Shown here: positions 17,830-27,450 of the stretch, in pieces | Numbering within the stretch: the first letter of the stretch is position 1 | Layout of the letters: every line of letters begins with the position of its first letter | NCBI GenBank assembly: GCA_014238095.1 | Contig: JABABT010000006.1 | Location: forward strand, 1 to 47,695 | Length of the DNA: 47,695 nucleotides | Source: Candidatus Aenigmatarchaeota archaeon | GTDB lineage: Archaea > Aenigmatarchaeota > Aenigmatarchaeia > CG10238-14 > SCSR01 | Direction of reading: 5' to 3' | The notes under the pieces: model-generated | What the model saw: the letters and a program-made list of their open reading frames with translations, nothing else | What the model was told of the DNA's origin: nothing | Databases searched by the model: none | Program-made: the position numbers and the translations under genes

Positions 17830-20800
17830 TTATTCATTTTTTAATATTGGATAATTTATTGTTGAAAATTCCCAAACATCAGAATCCCAGTTAGAATATA
17901 AATTAGTTATGGTTTGTTCAACTTGAAGTTCTGATGTTGTTTTTCCTATTCCACCAACTGATGTGGATTGACTTGATGTTTCAATATCCCAATAAGAATT
18001 ATATGTTTTTGTTCCAAAATCTCCAACTAATCCACCTACATAATTATTACCTGAAACTAAACCTGTTGAATATGAGTTTATTATTGTACCAGAAGCAGCA
18101 AATCCAACTAAACCTCCAACATCATTTGTTCCTGAAATTTGACCTGTTGAATATGAATTTTCTATTGTTCCTTTTCTATTACGACCAGATATTCCACCTA
18201 CTCCATCATTACCTGAAACTGATGCTGAATTTTTGCATTGTTTAATAAAACCCTCATTATATCCTCCTATTCCACCAACATATTCATCTCCTGATAATGT
18301 TCCTAAAACGGAACAATTTTCTATTGTTCCATCATTCCTTCCAACTATCATACCAACACTTCTTCCACCTGAAACATTACCTTCTATATTTAAATTAAAT
18401 ATTTCTGCTCCATCATTTAATATATTAAATAAACCTACATTATCTTCTACTGTGTCTATATTTAAATCTGTTATTGAATATCCATTTCCATTTAATGTTC
18501 CTGTGAATGTTCCTAATGGATTCCAATTAGAATAATATGATAAATTTATATTATTATTTAAAATAAAATAAGAATCTAAATAATTTCTTATTTTATTTAA
18601 CTCATTTGCTGTTTCTATTTGATATGGGTCTAATTTAGTACCATTACCACCAGAAAAATTTCTTCCAATAATTATTGGATAATTTATTGTTGAAAATCCC
18701 CAAATTTCAGAATCCCAATTAGAATATAAATTAGTTGTGGTTTGTTCAACTTGAAGTTCTGATGTTGTTTTTCCTATACCACCAGCTGATGTTGATCGAC
18801 CTGATGTTTCAATATTCCAATAAGAATTTATAATTTGTTCATTATTGTCATTATATCCAACTAATCCTCCAGTATTAGTATTTCCTGTAAGAACTGTAAT
18901 AACTGAAACTATAGAATATGAATTTTCTACTGTTCCACCATTATTACTTCCAACTAATCCACCATTTCCACCTCCACCTCCTGATAAATTCCCTTTTGCA
19001 TATGAGTTTTCTACAATTCCCCCATTAAGTCCAACTAATCCACCAATTAAGTTATGTTTCCCATCAGTATTTGTTATTGAATAAGAATTTTCTATATTCC
19101 CATTGTTATGTCCTACAAATCCACCAACAAAAAAATCTCCTAAAACTATTCCTAATGAATATGAATTTTCTACAAATTGTGAATTATATCCAATTAATCC
19201 TCCAACAGTACTAGTTCCTGATACTGTTCCTTTTAATAATGAATTTTTTATTTCTCCATTATTATTTCCAACTAATCCTCCAACTACTCTATTTCCCATT
19301 ATAGTTCCATTTACATATGAATTATCAATTATTCCTCTATTATTTCCAACTAATCCTCCAATATTATCATTTCCCATTATAGTTCCATTTACATATGAAT
19401 TATCAATTATTCCTTCATTTAAACCAACTAATCCGCCAGCATAATCATTACCATTAATATTTATATTTTCTACACCAACATCATATATATTCCCATAACT
19501 TAAACCAACTAATCCACCAACATAATTTAATGTTCCTAATATTTTCACATTTTCTAATTTAATATTTTTTATTTTAGAATTAGAAGATATAATCCCAAAT
19601 ATACCATAATAATTTGATGTAGATTTATTAATTATTAAATTTGTTATTCTATAACCATTTCCGTTTAATGTTCCTGAAAATGGATTTTCTAAATTTCCAA
19701 TAGGATCCCAGTTTGAATATGAAGATAAATCAATATCATTCATTAAAATATAATTAAAATTCAATTCTTTTCTTACATAATTTAATCCATCTGCATCTGA
19801 TATTTGATAAGGATTATTTATTGTTCCATCTCCACCTTCAAATTCATATATAATTTTCAATTTTGGATAATCTAAATCTGAAAATTCCCATCTAAATGAA
19901 TCCCAATTAGAATAAAGATTAGAGGAATTTTTTAATGATTTGAGTTCTATAGTTTTTTTTGCTGTTGGATCTAAAATTAATGATTGTGTTAATAATTGTG
20001 TATCCCAATAAGAGTCTGTTATATTTCCATTAAAATTAATACCAACTAATTTTGTAAAAATAAATCCTGTAAATATTACTGGTATTTGTGGATAATCTGT
20101 TGTGGAAAATGCCCATATTGAATCATCCCAATTTTGATATAAATTTGAAGATGTTTTTAATACTTGTAATTCTTCTATTGTCTTTCCTATACCATATATT
20201 GATGTTGATTGACCACTTGTTTCTGTGTTCCAATATGAATTTGTTACTGTTACTACTCCTGACCCATAAATATTTTTCCCTCCTATTAATCCACCTACAT
20301 TATTTTCATTAGTTCCTAAAACTTCTCCTATAGAGTAAGAATTTTTTATTGTTACTCCATTACTTATTTGTCCAACCAATCCACCTACATAACTCCTACC
20401 TGAAATTGAACTTATGGAATAGGAATTTGTTATAATTCCTTGACTCATATATCCTAATAATCCTCCTATACTATCATCACCATTTACTGAACCAATTGAT
20501 ACAGAATTTTCTATTTCATTAGATCCAAATGTATAACCAACTAATCCACCTACATTACTTAATCCTGATATTAATGATGAAGAATATGAATTTATTATTT
20601 TTCCATTTTCTCCATTTGATCCAACCAATCCACCTACAAGAGAATTACCTATAACATTAGTTGAACTCCAACAATTTTCTATCTCAGTATAAACACCATT
20701 ACCATTTAACCCAACCAATCCACCTATAACTAGAACTCCATCTATTGTTCCATTTGTAGAATAAGAATTTTGTATTTTACCTAAATTCCATCCTACAAGT

Positions 20801-21963
20801 GTTCCTACATAATAAAAACCCCCAATGTCAAAATCTTCTATTCCAATATTAATTATTAACCCATCATTAATTCCAAATAATCCTACATATGGTGTAGTTC
20901 GTTTATTTATTTTGAGTCCTGTTATTTTATACCCATTTCCATTTAATGTTCCTTTGAATGGATTAATTTCTGATGTTCCTATTGGATTCCAATTAGAATA
21001 TGAAGATAGGTCAATATCATTTTTTAAAACATAATTACCATTTAAATCATTTCTAATATTATAAAATTCTTCTGCTGTTGATATTCCTTCTAGAATAATA
21101 TTATCAGAATTATTTATTATTGAATATGAATTTGTTATTTTACCTATATTTTTCCCAACTAATCCACCAATATCTTTAAATCCTATTACTGAACCTACTA
21201 CATAAGAATTTTCTATATTCCCAGAATTTTGTCCAGTTATTCCTCCACCATTAATAATACCATTAATACTTACATCTTCTAATCCAATATTTTTAATAAT
21301 TCCATCATTCCAACCAAATAATCCAATAGAACTCCCAATATTTATATTATTTATTGTAACATTTATTATTTTATATCCATTTCCATCAAATGTTCCTTTA
21401 AATTTATTTTCTTCTGTACCTATTGGTTCCCAATTATCATAATTTAAATATAAATCATTAAGTAAAGTATAATTACCATTTAAATCATTTCTAATATTAT
21501 CTAAATCTTCAGGTGTTCTAATAAAATATTTCGTAGGTAAAACTAAACCTAAATTATTACCTATATAATCAGATTTTATATTAGTCGTTGTAGATAATAA
21601 ATTTAAATTAAAATTTATTTTCCTTTCATAATCTTTACACGGATAATCAATAATATAATCAAATTTTAATAAAAGATTCCTTTTTATTGTAAATTCTTTT
21701 ATAAAAATTTCATATTCTTTCAAATTCTTTTCAACTTCATAACAATTTTCACTCAATTTAATAACTTCTAAACTATTTTCCTTAATATTATTAAAAATAA
21801 AAATTTCATTTGGAATTATAGTAGAAGATGTATCTAAAGTAGCTGTTTGTATTAATTGACTAACAGCAAAAAATATTGTTACTATAATAAATCCAGATAA
21901 TACAAAAAATTGTGCTTTTTGTTTAGATTTTAACTTTAGTAAATTGTGCATGAGGTATTTCAT
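17830..21963 (-). CDS. Giant pilin-like surface protein with GLUG beta-helix repeats
   Basis: Class III-like signal KQKA/QFFVLSGFIIV; many VGGLVG.N.G.I.NSY repeats; four modules opening with I.TA..L..IR..L...Y.L.NDIDL. Confidence 0.85.
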   Translation of the reverse strand: MKYLMHNLLKLKSKQKAQFFVLSGFIIVTIFFAVSQLIQTATLDTSSTIIPNEIFIFNNIKENSLEVIKLSENCYEVEKNLKEYEIFIKEFTIKRNLLLKFDYIIDYPCKDYERKINFNLNLLSTTTNIKSDYIGNNLGLVLPTKYFIRTPEDLDNIRNDLNGNYTLLNDLYLNYDNWEPIGTEENKFKGTFDGNGYKIINVTINNINIGSSIGLFGWNDGIIKNIGLEDVSINGIINGGGITGQNSGNIENSYVVGSVIGFKDIGGLVGKNIGKITNSYSIINNSDNIILEGISTAEEFYNIRNDLNGNYVLKNDIDLSSYSNWNPIGTSEINPFKGTLNGNGYKITGLKINKRTTPYVGLFGINDGLIINIGIEDFDIGGFYYVGTLVGWNLGKIQNSYSTNGTIDGVLVIGGLVGLNGNGVYTEIENCWSSTNVIGNSLVGGLVGSNGENGKIINSYSSSLISGLSNVGGLVGYTFGSNEIENSVSIGSVNGDDSIGGLLGYMSQGIITNSYSISSISGRSYVGGLVGQISNGVTIKNSYSIGEVLGTNENNVGGLIGGKNIYGSGVVTVTNSYWNTETSGQSTSIYGIGKTIEELQVLKTSSNLYQNWDDSIWAFSTTDYPQIPVIFTGFIFTKLVGINFNGNITDSYWDTQLLTQSLILDPTAKKTIELKSLKNSSNLYSNWDSFRWEFSDLDYPKLKIIYEFEGGDGTINNPYQISDADGLNYVRKELNFNYILMNDIDLSSYSNWDPIGNLENPFSGTLNGNGYRITNLIINKSTSNYYGIFGIISSNSKIKNIKLENVKILGTLNYVGGLVGLSYGNIYDVGVENININGNDYAGGLVGLNEGIIDNSYVNGTIMGNDNIGGLVGNNRGIIDNSYVNGTIMGNRVVGGLVGNNNGEIKNSLLKGTVSGTSTVGGLIGYNSQFVENSYSLGIVLGDFFVGGFVGHNNGNIENSYSITNTDGKHNLIGGLVGLNGGIVENSYAKGNLSGGGGGNGGLVGSNNGGTVENSYSIVSVITVLTGNTNTGGLVGYNDNNEQIINSYWNIETSGRSTSAGGIGKTTSELQVEQTTTNLYSNWDSEIWGFSTINYPIIIGRNFSGGNGTKLDPYQIETANELNKIRNYLDSYFILNNNINLSYYSNWNPLGTFTGTLNGNGYSITDLNIDTVEDNVGLFNILNDGAEIFNLNIEGNVSGGRSVGMIVGRNDGTIENCSVLGTLSGDEYVGGIGGYNEGFIKQCKNSASVSGNDGVGGISGRNRKGTIENSYSTGQISGTNDVGGLVGFAASGTIINSYSTGLVSGNNYVGGLVGDFGTKTYNSYWDIETSSQSTSVGGIGKTTSELQVEQTITNLYSNWDSDVWEFSTINYPILKNE
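17849..18828. repeat. Near-identical 152-bp intragenic repeats (17849-18000 and 18677-18828)
   Basis: Aligned by eye with no gaps and about 11 substitutions. Confidence 0.85.
19261..19414. repeat. 78-bp tandem duplication of one GLUG rung
   Basis: 19291-19336 equals 19369-19414; encodes GIIDNSYVNGTIMGN twice. Confidence 0.85.
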
Positions 21964-22270
21964 TAATTAAAATTATGTTTTCAGTCGTAATAAATCCATT
22001 ATTTATAGCAAATTTAACTATTTTTTTACCAATAATGTTACCTATACTTATCATAGACATAATTTTTAATATTACATCTTCATCAACTAATTTCCCACCA
22101 TAAAAATTTTTACTTATTTTAAAAGATATTTTATCATTTTTTATTGTTTTTCCAAGTAATTCTTCATCACAAAAAGCACCTACTAAATCATGCCTATCTT
22201 GGAAAATATTATACCAAAATTTTTGTTTTTTAGATTTTTTTTGTTGCTGTTTTTGCACCACATGCATCAC
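21923..22270 (-). CDS. DUF424-family protein
   Basis: CDEELLGK, FYGG, N..G...V..A...G.I, IPHAQ. Start uncertain because it overlaps aIF2beta. Confidence 0.8.
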   Translation of the reverse strand: MMHVVQKQQQKKSKKQKFWYNIFQDRHDLVGAFCDEELLGKTIKNDKISFKISKNFYGGKLVDEDVILKIMSMISIGNIIGKKIVKFAINNGFITTENIILINEIPHAQFTKVKI

Positions 22271-22646
22271 ATTTTATAAATAGAATTCTATCTTCCTTAT
22301 CTAAAATTGTATCTGGTTCATTACAAACTTTACAATATACAAAATTTTTTATATAATCTTCAAATTTATTTTGAAGAGTTTCTCTAGAATTTTTCTTTTG
22401 TAATATTAATGTATTACCTTTTATACTTACAGGAACAGCAAATTCTTTTGCAAAATATTTTGATAATTGAGAAGGATTTCTTCTAATTTTAGAACTTATT
22501 TCCAAAAAATTTCTTATTGATGTTTTATTCCCTTCTATTTGTGAATTTATTTGAGGAATTTGAAATCTTTTTTTATTTTCTTTATTTTTTGGAATTTTTT
22601 CCATAGCTTTTTTTAATAATGATTCATAATCAAAATTCATATTCAT
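22230..22646 (-). CDS. eif2b: Translation initiation factor aIF2 beta
   Basis: YESLL, RFQIP, GNKT.I.NF, CKVCNEPDT...CDACGA zinc ribbon. Confidence 0.93.
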   Translation of the reverse strand: MNMNFDYESLLKKAMEKIPKNKENKKRFQIPQINSQIEGNKTSIRNFLEISSKIRRNPSQLSKYFAKEFAVPVSIKGNTLILQKKNSRETLQNKFEDYIKNFVYCKVCNEPDTILDKEDRILFIKCDACGAKTATKKI

Positions 22647-23368
22647 ATCCTCTTTAATCTACCAACTACAGGTTCATAAACTTCACCTAAATTTATTAAA
22701 TTATTTATAGTTTCTTCTGCTATATTTTTATCTAATTTTGAAGCTTCTAATAACTTATTAATTTCTACACCATTTCCAACATCAATTTTTGACATAATTT
22801 CAAGTATAACTGGCTTATAATCAATTTCATCTTCTTTACTTTGTATAATTACATTTATTACTTCCTTTTCAATATTATATTTTTCAAATGCATAATTAAT
22901 TAATTCTTCTTCACTCATTTGATCTTTTAATTTTCTTAATTCATCTGATATTTTTTTCTTTTCAATTATTTTATTTAAAAATTCTAATTTAAACATTATT
23001 TCATAATTAGGGTTATTTAATCTTCTTATAAAATCAGGAATAATATAATTTTCATTATTATAATTTTTTATTTTACCAACAACAAATACTAATTCTCCTA
23101 TATTAACTTTTTCTATTTTATCTAAATCATTTTCAAAAACTCTTACAATAATACATTCAGTACCATCATCAATTATAACATTTCCAAATTTTTTATCTTC
23201 TCTTATATATTTTTCTAAAACAGATCCAATTATTTTTGTTCTTGATATTTTTTCCCCAAATTTTGTAATCAAATAACTAGATTTCATTATTTCTTTATCA
23301 CCAGCAATAAAAACACCATATACTAAATCAGAAATTCTAGAATTTTTTATAATTTCTCTTGATAACAT
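22643..23368 (-). CDS. RPA32-like OB-fold plus winged-helix protein
   Basis: IDDGT..I.VR.F OB fold; C-terminal L...GEVYEP winged helix; directly downstream of mcm. Confidence 0.8.
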   Translation of the reverse strand: MLSREIIKNSRISDLVYGVFIAGDKEIMKSSYLITKFGEKISRTKIIGSVLEKYIREDKKFGNVIIDDGTECIIVRVFENDLDKIEKVNIGELVFVVGKIKNYNNENYIIPDFIRRLNNPNYEIMFKLEFLNKIIEKKKISDELRKLKDQMSEEELINYAFEKYNIEKEVINVIIQSKEDEIDYKPVILEIMSKIDVGNGVEINKLLEASKLDKNIAEETINNLINLGEVYEPVVGRLKRI

Positions 23369-23372
23369 TTAA

Positions 23373-25382
23373 TCACAATTTATTAATATAACCTTGTCTA
23401 GGAGAGAATAAGAAACCTTCGTTTAACATTTTTCTAAGTATATCTTCTGGTTTATCAAGTCCTTCCAATCTAGATTGTTTTAATATTTCATCAACTGGTA
23501 TATCTTTTCCATATTTTTTTTCTAATTCATCAATAACATCATTTAATATTCTTATTTTACTTCTTTGTTTTGCTGTTGTTCTTGCACCTTCTACTCTATC
23601 AATATCTATTTCTCCTGTTTCAGGTTCTAATCCAAACATTCTAAGTGAAGCTTTCATTAAATTTATTACCCTTAATGCATCTTCTTTCCTAACTTGTTGT
23701 TTTAATTGTATTTTTGCTGATGCTTCAGATAATCTTATTAAAGCTTCATATTGTCTTGGTGTTATTGCAATAGGAGAATCTTCACCAGATTTTTCTCTTA
23801 AATTTAAATAAAAATCTCTTATTTCATTAGCAGCTTCTCTAGTCATTTTTGGATTACAATTTTTTTTTGCATATGATATATATTTTTTCATAATATCCGC
23901 ACTAATTATTGGTTTTATTTCATTTTCTGAAAAAAATCTAGAATTCATTATATGATCTGCAATTTTTTTATCTCTATCTAAATTAGGTATATCTCTTAAT
24001 GCAAATTTTAAATCAAATCTAGTTAATAATGTTTCTGGTATATTAATTTGTTCCTTTATTGGTAAATATGGATCAAATCTTCCAAGTTTTGGATTAGCTC
24101 CTGCAAGAACTGCTGTATTAGCTGGTAATGTTGCCACTATACTTGCTTTTGCAATGCTAATTGTTTGTTGTTCCATAGCTTCATGAAGTGCTATTTGATC
24201 TTGTTGATCTATTTTTTCAAATTCATCAATTGCAATCATACTACCATTACACATAACAAGTGCACCTGCTTCAAGTACCCATCCACCTAATAATTCTTCA
24301 TCCTTTGTAACTGTTGCTGTTAATCCAGCTGCAGATACTCCTTTTCCTGAAACATATCTACCTCTTGATACAATATTTGATATAACTTTCATAGTTGCAG
24401 ATTTTGCTGTTGAAGGATCCCCAACTAATAATATATGTATATCTCCTCTAATTCTTGTTCCATCAATTAAGGTTTTTGAAATTCCACTAAAAAATTGTAA
24501 TGATAAAGCTTCTTTCACTTCTTCAAGACCATAAAGAGCTGGAGCTATAGATGAAATTAATTTTTCATATATTTTTGGATCATTTGCAAGTTTTAATATT
24601 TCTTGTTCATTTTCTGGTGTAATTTCCAAATCTTCATAATTATCTTCCGTTGATTCTACATAATTTGCTTCTAAAAAAATATCCATTTGTCTTGAATTTA
24701 GATTTTTTACTTTTCTTGGAAGTTCTTTCAATACTCCAATTACTTTTATTCTATTTCCAGGATCAGTAAGATTTTGAATTTTTGGAGTTGTTAAATCTTC
24801 TTTTAAATAAATTTTAATATTTAATGGTCTTTCTCCTGTTGTTGCTTCATATAATTCTTCTATAACTAACCATCTAGCATCATAAAGTTTTTGATTTAAT
24901 AATTTGAAATTTCTTCTATTATCACAAGAATCACATTCACTAGGATTTGAAATTGTTTTTTCTTTTTGTATTACTCGTATTTTATTTCCACAATTTCCAC
25001 ATTGAAAAATACTTTCTGAAACTTCTGGTCTTATGTCACTAGCTCTCCTTACTTGACCATTTAATACAATTAATTTTCCAATATGTTTTGCCCTTACATT
25101 TCTTATTCTTACTTCTCTTGTTTCTGGAATATTTATAAGTCTTATTCTTATTTTAGATTCTGATAATCCAGTTTCAATTTGTTTTACAGCTTCTTCTGCA
25201 ACTTCAATTGCATCATCTGGATTTTCTAATATATAATCTGCTAATTCAATATCAAATTTATCAATTAATGAAAAATCTAAAAGTATTGATTTTTTACCTT
25301 CATTTATATTAGTTATTAATTCATTTTTATAAAATTCATTTAAAAATTCAGTTAATTTTTCTATTAAATTTATTCTATCCAT
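23373..25382 (-). CDS. mcm: MCM replicative helicase
   Basis: C4 zinc finger, RGDIHILLVGDPSTAKS, LEAGALV, IDEFEK, EAMEQQ, TRFD; no intein. Confidence 0.97.
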   Translation of the reverse strand: MDRINLIEKLTEFLNEFYKNELITNINEGKKSILLDFSLIDKFDIELADYILENPDDAIEVAEEAVKQIETGLSESKIRIRLINIPETREVRIRNVRAKHIGKLIVLNGQVRRASDIRPEVSESIFQCGNCGNKIRVIQKEKTISNPSECDSCDNRRNFKLLNQKLYDARWLVIEELYEATTGERPLNIKIYLKEDLTTPKIQNLTDPGNRIKVIGVLKELPRKVKNLNSRQMDIFLEANYVESTEDNYEDLEITPENEQEILKLANDPKIYEKLISSIAPALYGLEEVKEALSLQFFSGISKTLIDGTRIRGDIHILLVGDPSTAKSATMKVISNIVSRGRYVSGKGVSAAGLTATVTKDEELLGGWVLEAGALVMCNGSMIAIDEFEKIDQQDQIALHEAMEQQTISIAKASIVATLPANTAVLAGANPKLGRFDPYLPIKEQINIPETLLTRFDLKFALRDIPNLDRDKKIADHIMNSRFFSENEIKPIISADIMKKYISYAKKNCNPKMTREAANEIRDFYLNLREKSGEDSPIAITPRQYEALIRLSEASAKIQLKQQVRKEDALRVINLMKASLRMFGLEPETGEIDIDRVEGARTTAKQRSKIRILNDVIDELEKKYGKDIPVDEILKQSRLEGLDKPEDILRKMLNEGFLFSPRQGYINKL

Positions 25383-25391
25383 ATTATCACT

Positions 25392-25477
25392 AATTAAGAA
25401 CTTAATAATTGGGAATCAACATTTATAATTAAAAACCGAATATTGATTGGAATCTTCCCAAAAAATAATTCTTAATT
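25392..25477 (-). other. Long imperfect inverted repeat just upstream of mcm
   Basis: Complementary segments AATTAAGAA/TTCTTAATT, TTGGGAA/TTCCCAA and AATCAACATT/AATATTGATT; the last two partly compete for the same bases. Confidence 0.5.
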
Positions 25478-25528
25478 AATTAGTATATTAAATTTATTAT
25501 TATGATAATTTTGTAAGTATATTTCCTA

Positions 25529-26227
25529 TTATTCTTTTTTATTAACAAATGCTTTTATGGTTTTTAATTTTCTATTAATTTTTTCAACTGCTATATAAAC
25601 ATCTTTTACACTTCTAGCACCTGTAATAACAATTTTTCCACTTCCAAATAATAAAAATGCTACTTTAGGATTAGTCATTCTATGAACAAGTCCAGGGAAT
25701 TGTTCAGGTTCATATTCAGCATTTTCTAAATTGAAAGCTATTACATCAAGATTTAAATTTCTTTCCAATTTAGCTGAAGAAACTATATTTTCAGTTTGAA
25801 ATTTATAATCATTTGAAACTTTAGTTCCTATTTTTCTAATAATTAATGCTACTTTTCTAAATACTTCTTTAACATCTTTTAAACTTCTAGCTCCAGTACA
25901 TACAACCTTTCCAGATCCAAAAATTAAAGCTGCTGCTTTAGGATTAGTCATTCTATGAACAAGTCCAGGGAATTGTTCAGGTTCATATTCCATACCATCA
26001 TTTTTTTTACAAATTTTATTCAAATCTACAACAACATTAAATGCTGCAGAAGCAACTATATTTTCTATTTTTATACCAAATTTATTTTTTGTACTTATTT
26101 CAGGTTTTGATTTTGATGAAGTTTTCGAAAGTTTTGATTTTGATGAAGTTTTCGAAAGTTTTGATTTTGATGAAGTTTTCGAAAGTTTTGATTTTGATGA
26201 AGTTTTAGAAGTTTTTTTTGTTACCAT
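25529..26227 (-). CDS. tbp: TATA-box binding protein with a Lys/Ser-rich N-terminal extension
   Basis: Two repeats of ENIV.SA...YEPEQFPGL...LF/IFGSGK.V.TGA. Confidence 0.97.
   Translation of the reverse strand: MVTKKTSKTSSKSKLSKTSSKSKLSKTSSKSKLSKTSSKSKPEISTKNKFGIKIENIVASAAFNVVVDLNKICKKNDGMEYEPEQFPGLVHRMTNPKAAALIFGSGKVVCTGARSLKDVKEVFRKVALIIRKIGTKVSNDYKFQTENIVSSAKLERNLNLDVIAFNLENAEYEPEQFPGLVHRMTNPKVAFLLFGSGKIVITGARSVKDVYIAVEKINRKLKTIKAFVNKKE
25663..25990. repeat. Exact 55-bp direct repeat between the TBP halves
   Basis: 25663-25717 is identical to 25936-25990. Confidence 0.9.
26104..26206. repeat. 27-bp coding tandem repeat, about 3.8 copies
   Basis: Unit GTTTTGATTTTGATGAAGTTTTCGAAA encodes (KTSSKSKLS)n. 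Confidence 0.95.
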
Positions 26228-26492
26228 TAAAAAGCACTTCTTATTATTGGTATAATGGGTTTATAAAGGTTTTTTTTGATTAGAATTTATCTAAAAAAAT
26301 AATTTTTGTTTAAAAAGTAGATAATTATTTAATTAAGTAATATTTTATTATATTTTTACATTGAAAATTTATTAAAATTTTGATATTCTATATATTTTGT
26401 ATTTCCATATTTTTATATTGTAAATAAATTATTTTTCTTTATTTATTAAAAAATTATAATTTATTATTTAAAGATACAAAATAACTATTTTT

Positions 26493-27182
26493 ATGACATT
26501 TATAACAGGTATTGATGAAGCCGGACGAGGTGCAGTAATTGGCCCTTTAGTAATTGCTGGTGTGACAATAAATAAATCTGATGAAAATAAGTTAAAAGAA
26601 ATTGGATGTAAAGATTCTAAAAAACTTTCTCCTAAAAAAAGAGAAAAAATAGCAAAAAAAATTGAAAAAATAGCACAAAAAATTGTTATATTAAGAATAC
26701 AACCATGTACTATAGATGATTATAGATCAACTGGAATTAATTTAGATAAAATTGAAGCTATGAAGATGGCTCAAATTATTGATATGAGTAATGATGAATA
26801 TAAAACAGTAACATATGTAGACGGATTAACACAAAATCCTAAAAATTTTGAAAAAAAAATAGTCGAATATTTAAATAAAAAAGAATCTGAACTAGTTGTA
26901 CGAAATCATATGGATGAATCAGTATTAGTAGTATCAGCAGCTAGTATAATAGCTAAAACTGAAAGAGATTCTATTATTGAAGATATTAAAAAAAGAGTTG
27001 ATATGGATTTTGGAGTGGGTTATCCACATGATGAAAGAACAATAAAATTTATTGAAAATTGTGTTAAAAAAAATAATATACCTGTATATATTAGAAAATC
27101 TTGGGTTACTACTCAAAATATAATTAATAAAAGCTGGCAGAAAAAAGTAAAAGATTTCTTTATAAAAAACAAATACAAGTAA
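26493..27182 (+). CDS. rnhB: Ribonuclease HII
   Basis: GIDEAGRG, DSKKL, SAASIIAK, GYPHD, RKSW; C-terminal PIP-box-like QKKVKDFF. Confidence 0.95.
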   Translation: MTFITGIDEAGRGAVIGPLVIAGVTINKSDENKLKEIGCKDSKKLSPKKREKIAKKIEKIAQKIVILRIQPCTIDDYRSTGINLDKIEAMKMAQIIDMSNDEYKTVTYVDGLTQNPKNFEKKIVEYLNKKESELVVRNHMDESVLVVSAASIIAKTERDSIIEDIKKRVDMDFGVGYPHDERTIKFIENCVKKNNIPVYIRKSWVTTQNIINKSWQKKVKDFFIKNKYK

Positions 27183-27190
27183 TAATATAT

Positions 27191-27442
27191 ATGAAATTAA
27201 AACCAGAACAAATAATGACTATAATATTCACTTGTTTCGGAATAGTTATGGGATTTCTGTCATTTTTCTTAGGTAAAGGATTATTTTCAAAAATAATTCC
27301 ATTATTGTTATATGCAGTTTCATTATTTATTTTTCATAAAATATATTCAAACAAGAAACAAAAATGGATAATTACTAACAGTATAATTCCATTTATTTTA
27401 ATATGGTTAATTACATGGGTTTTTATTTTTAATACATTATAA
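27191..27442 (+). CDS. Small 3-TM protein, possibly archaeal EMC6-like
   Basis: 83 aa, three hydrophobic helices, C-terminal F...W...W....N pattern. Confidence 0.5.
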   Translation: MKLKPEQIMTIIFTCFGIVMGFLSFFLGKGLFSKIIPLLLYAVSLFIFHKIYSNKKQKWIITNSIIPFILIWLITWVFIFNTL

Positions 27443-27450
27443 GTGATTTT

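Noticed and set aside
17849-18828. Possible diversity-generating retroelement TR/VR pair
   Set aside because: Mismatches are not adenine-specific, both copies are in-frame coding, and there is no reverse transcriptase in the window.
17934-21034. Plus-strand ORFs, several Pro-rich (PTNPP repeats)
   Set aside because: They are the antisense reading of the GGLVG repeats in the GLUG protein.
26104-26206. Possible CRISPR array
   Set aside because: Repeats are head-to-tail without spacers, in frame within tbp, and no cas genes are present.
26228-26492. Possible replication origin in the AT-rich tbp-rnhB spacer
   Set aside because: No ORB-like repeats or cdc6/orc1 gene; it is explained as a divergent promoter region.
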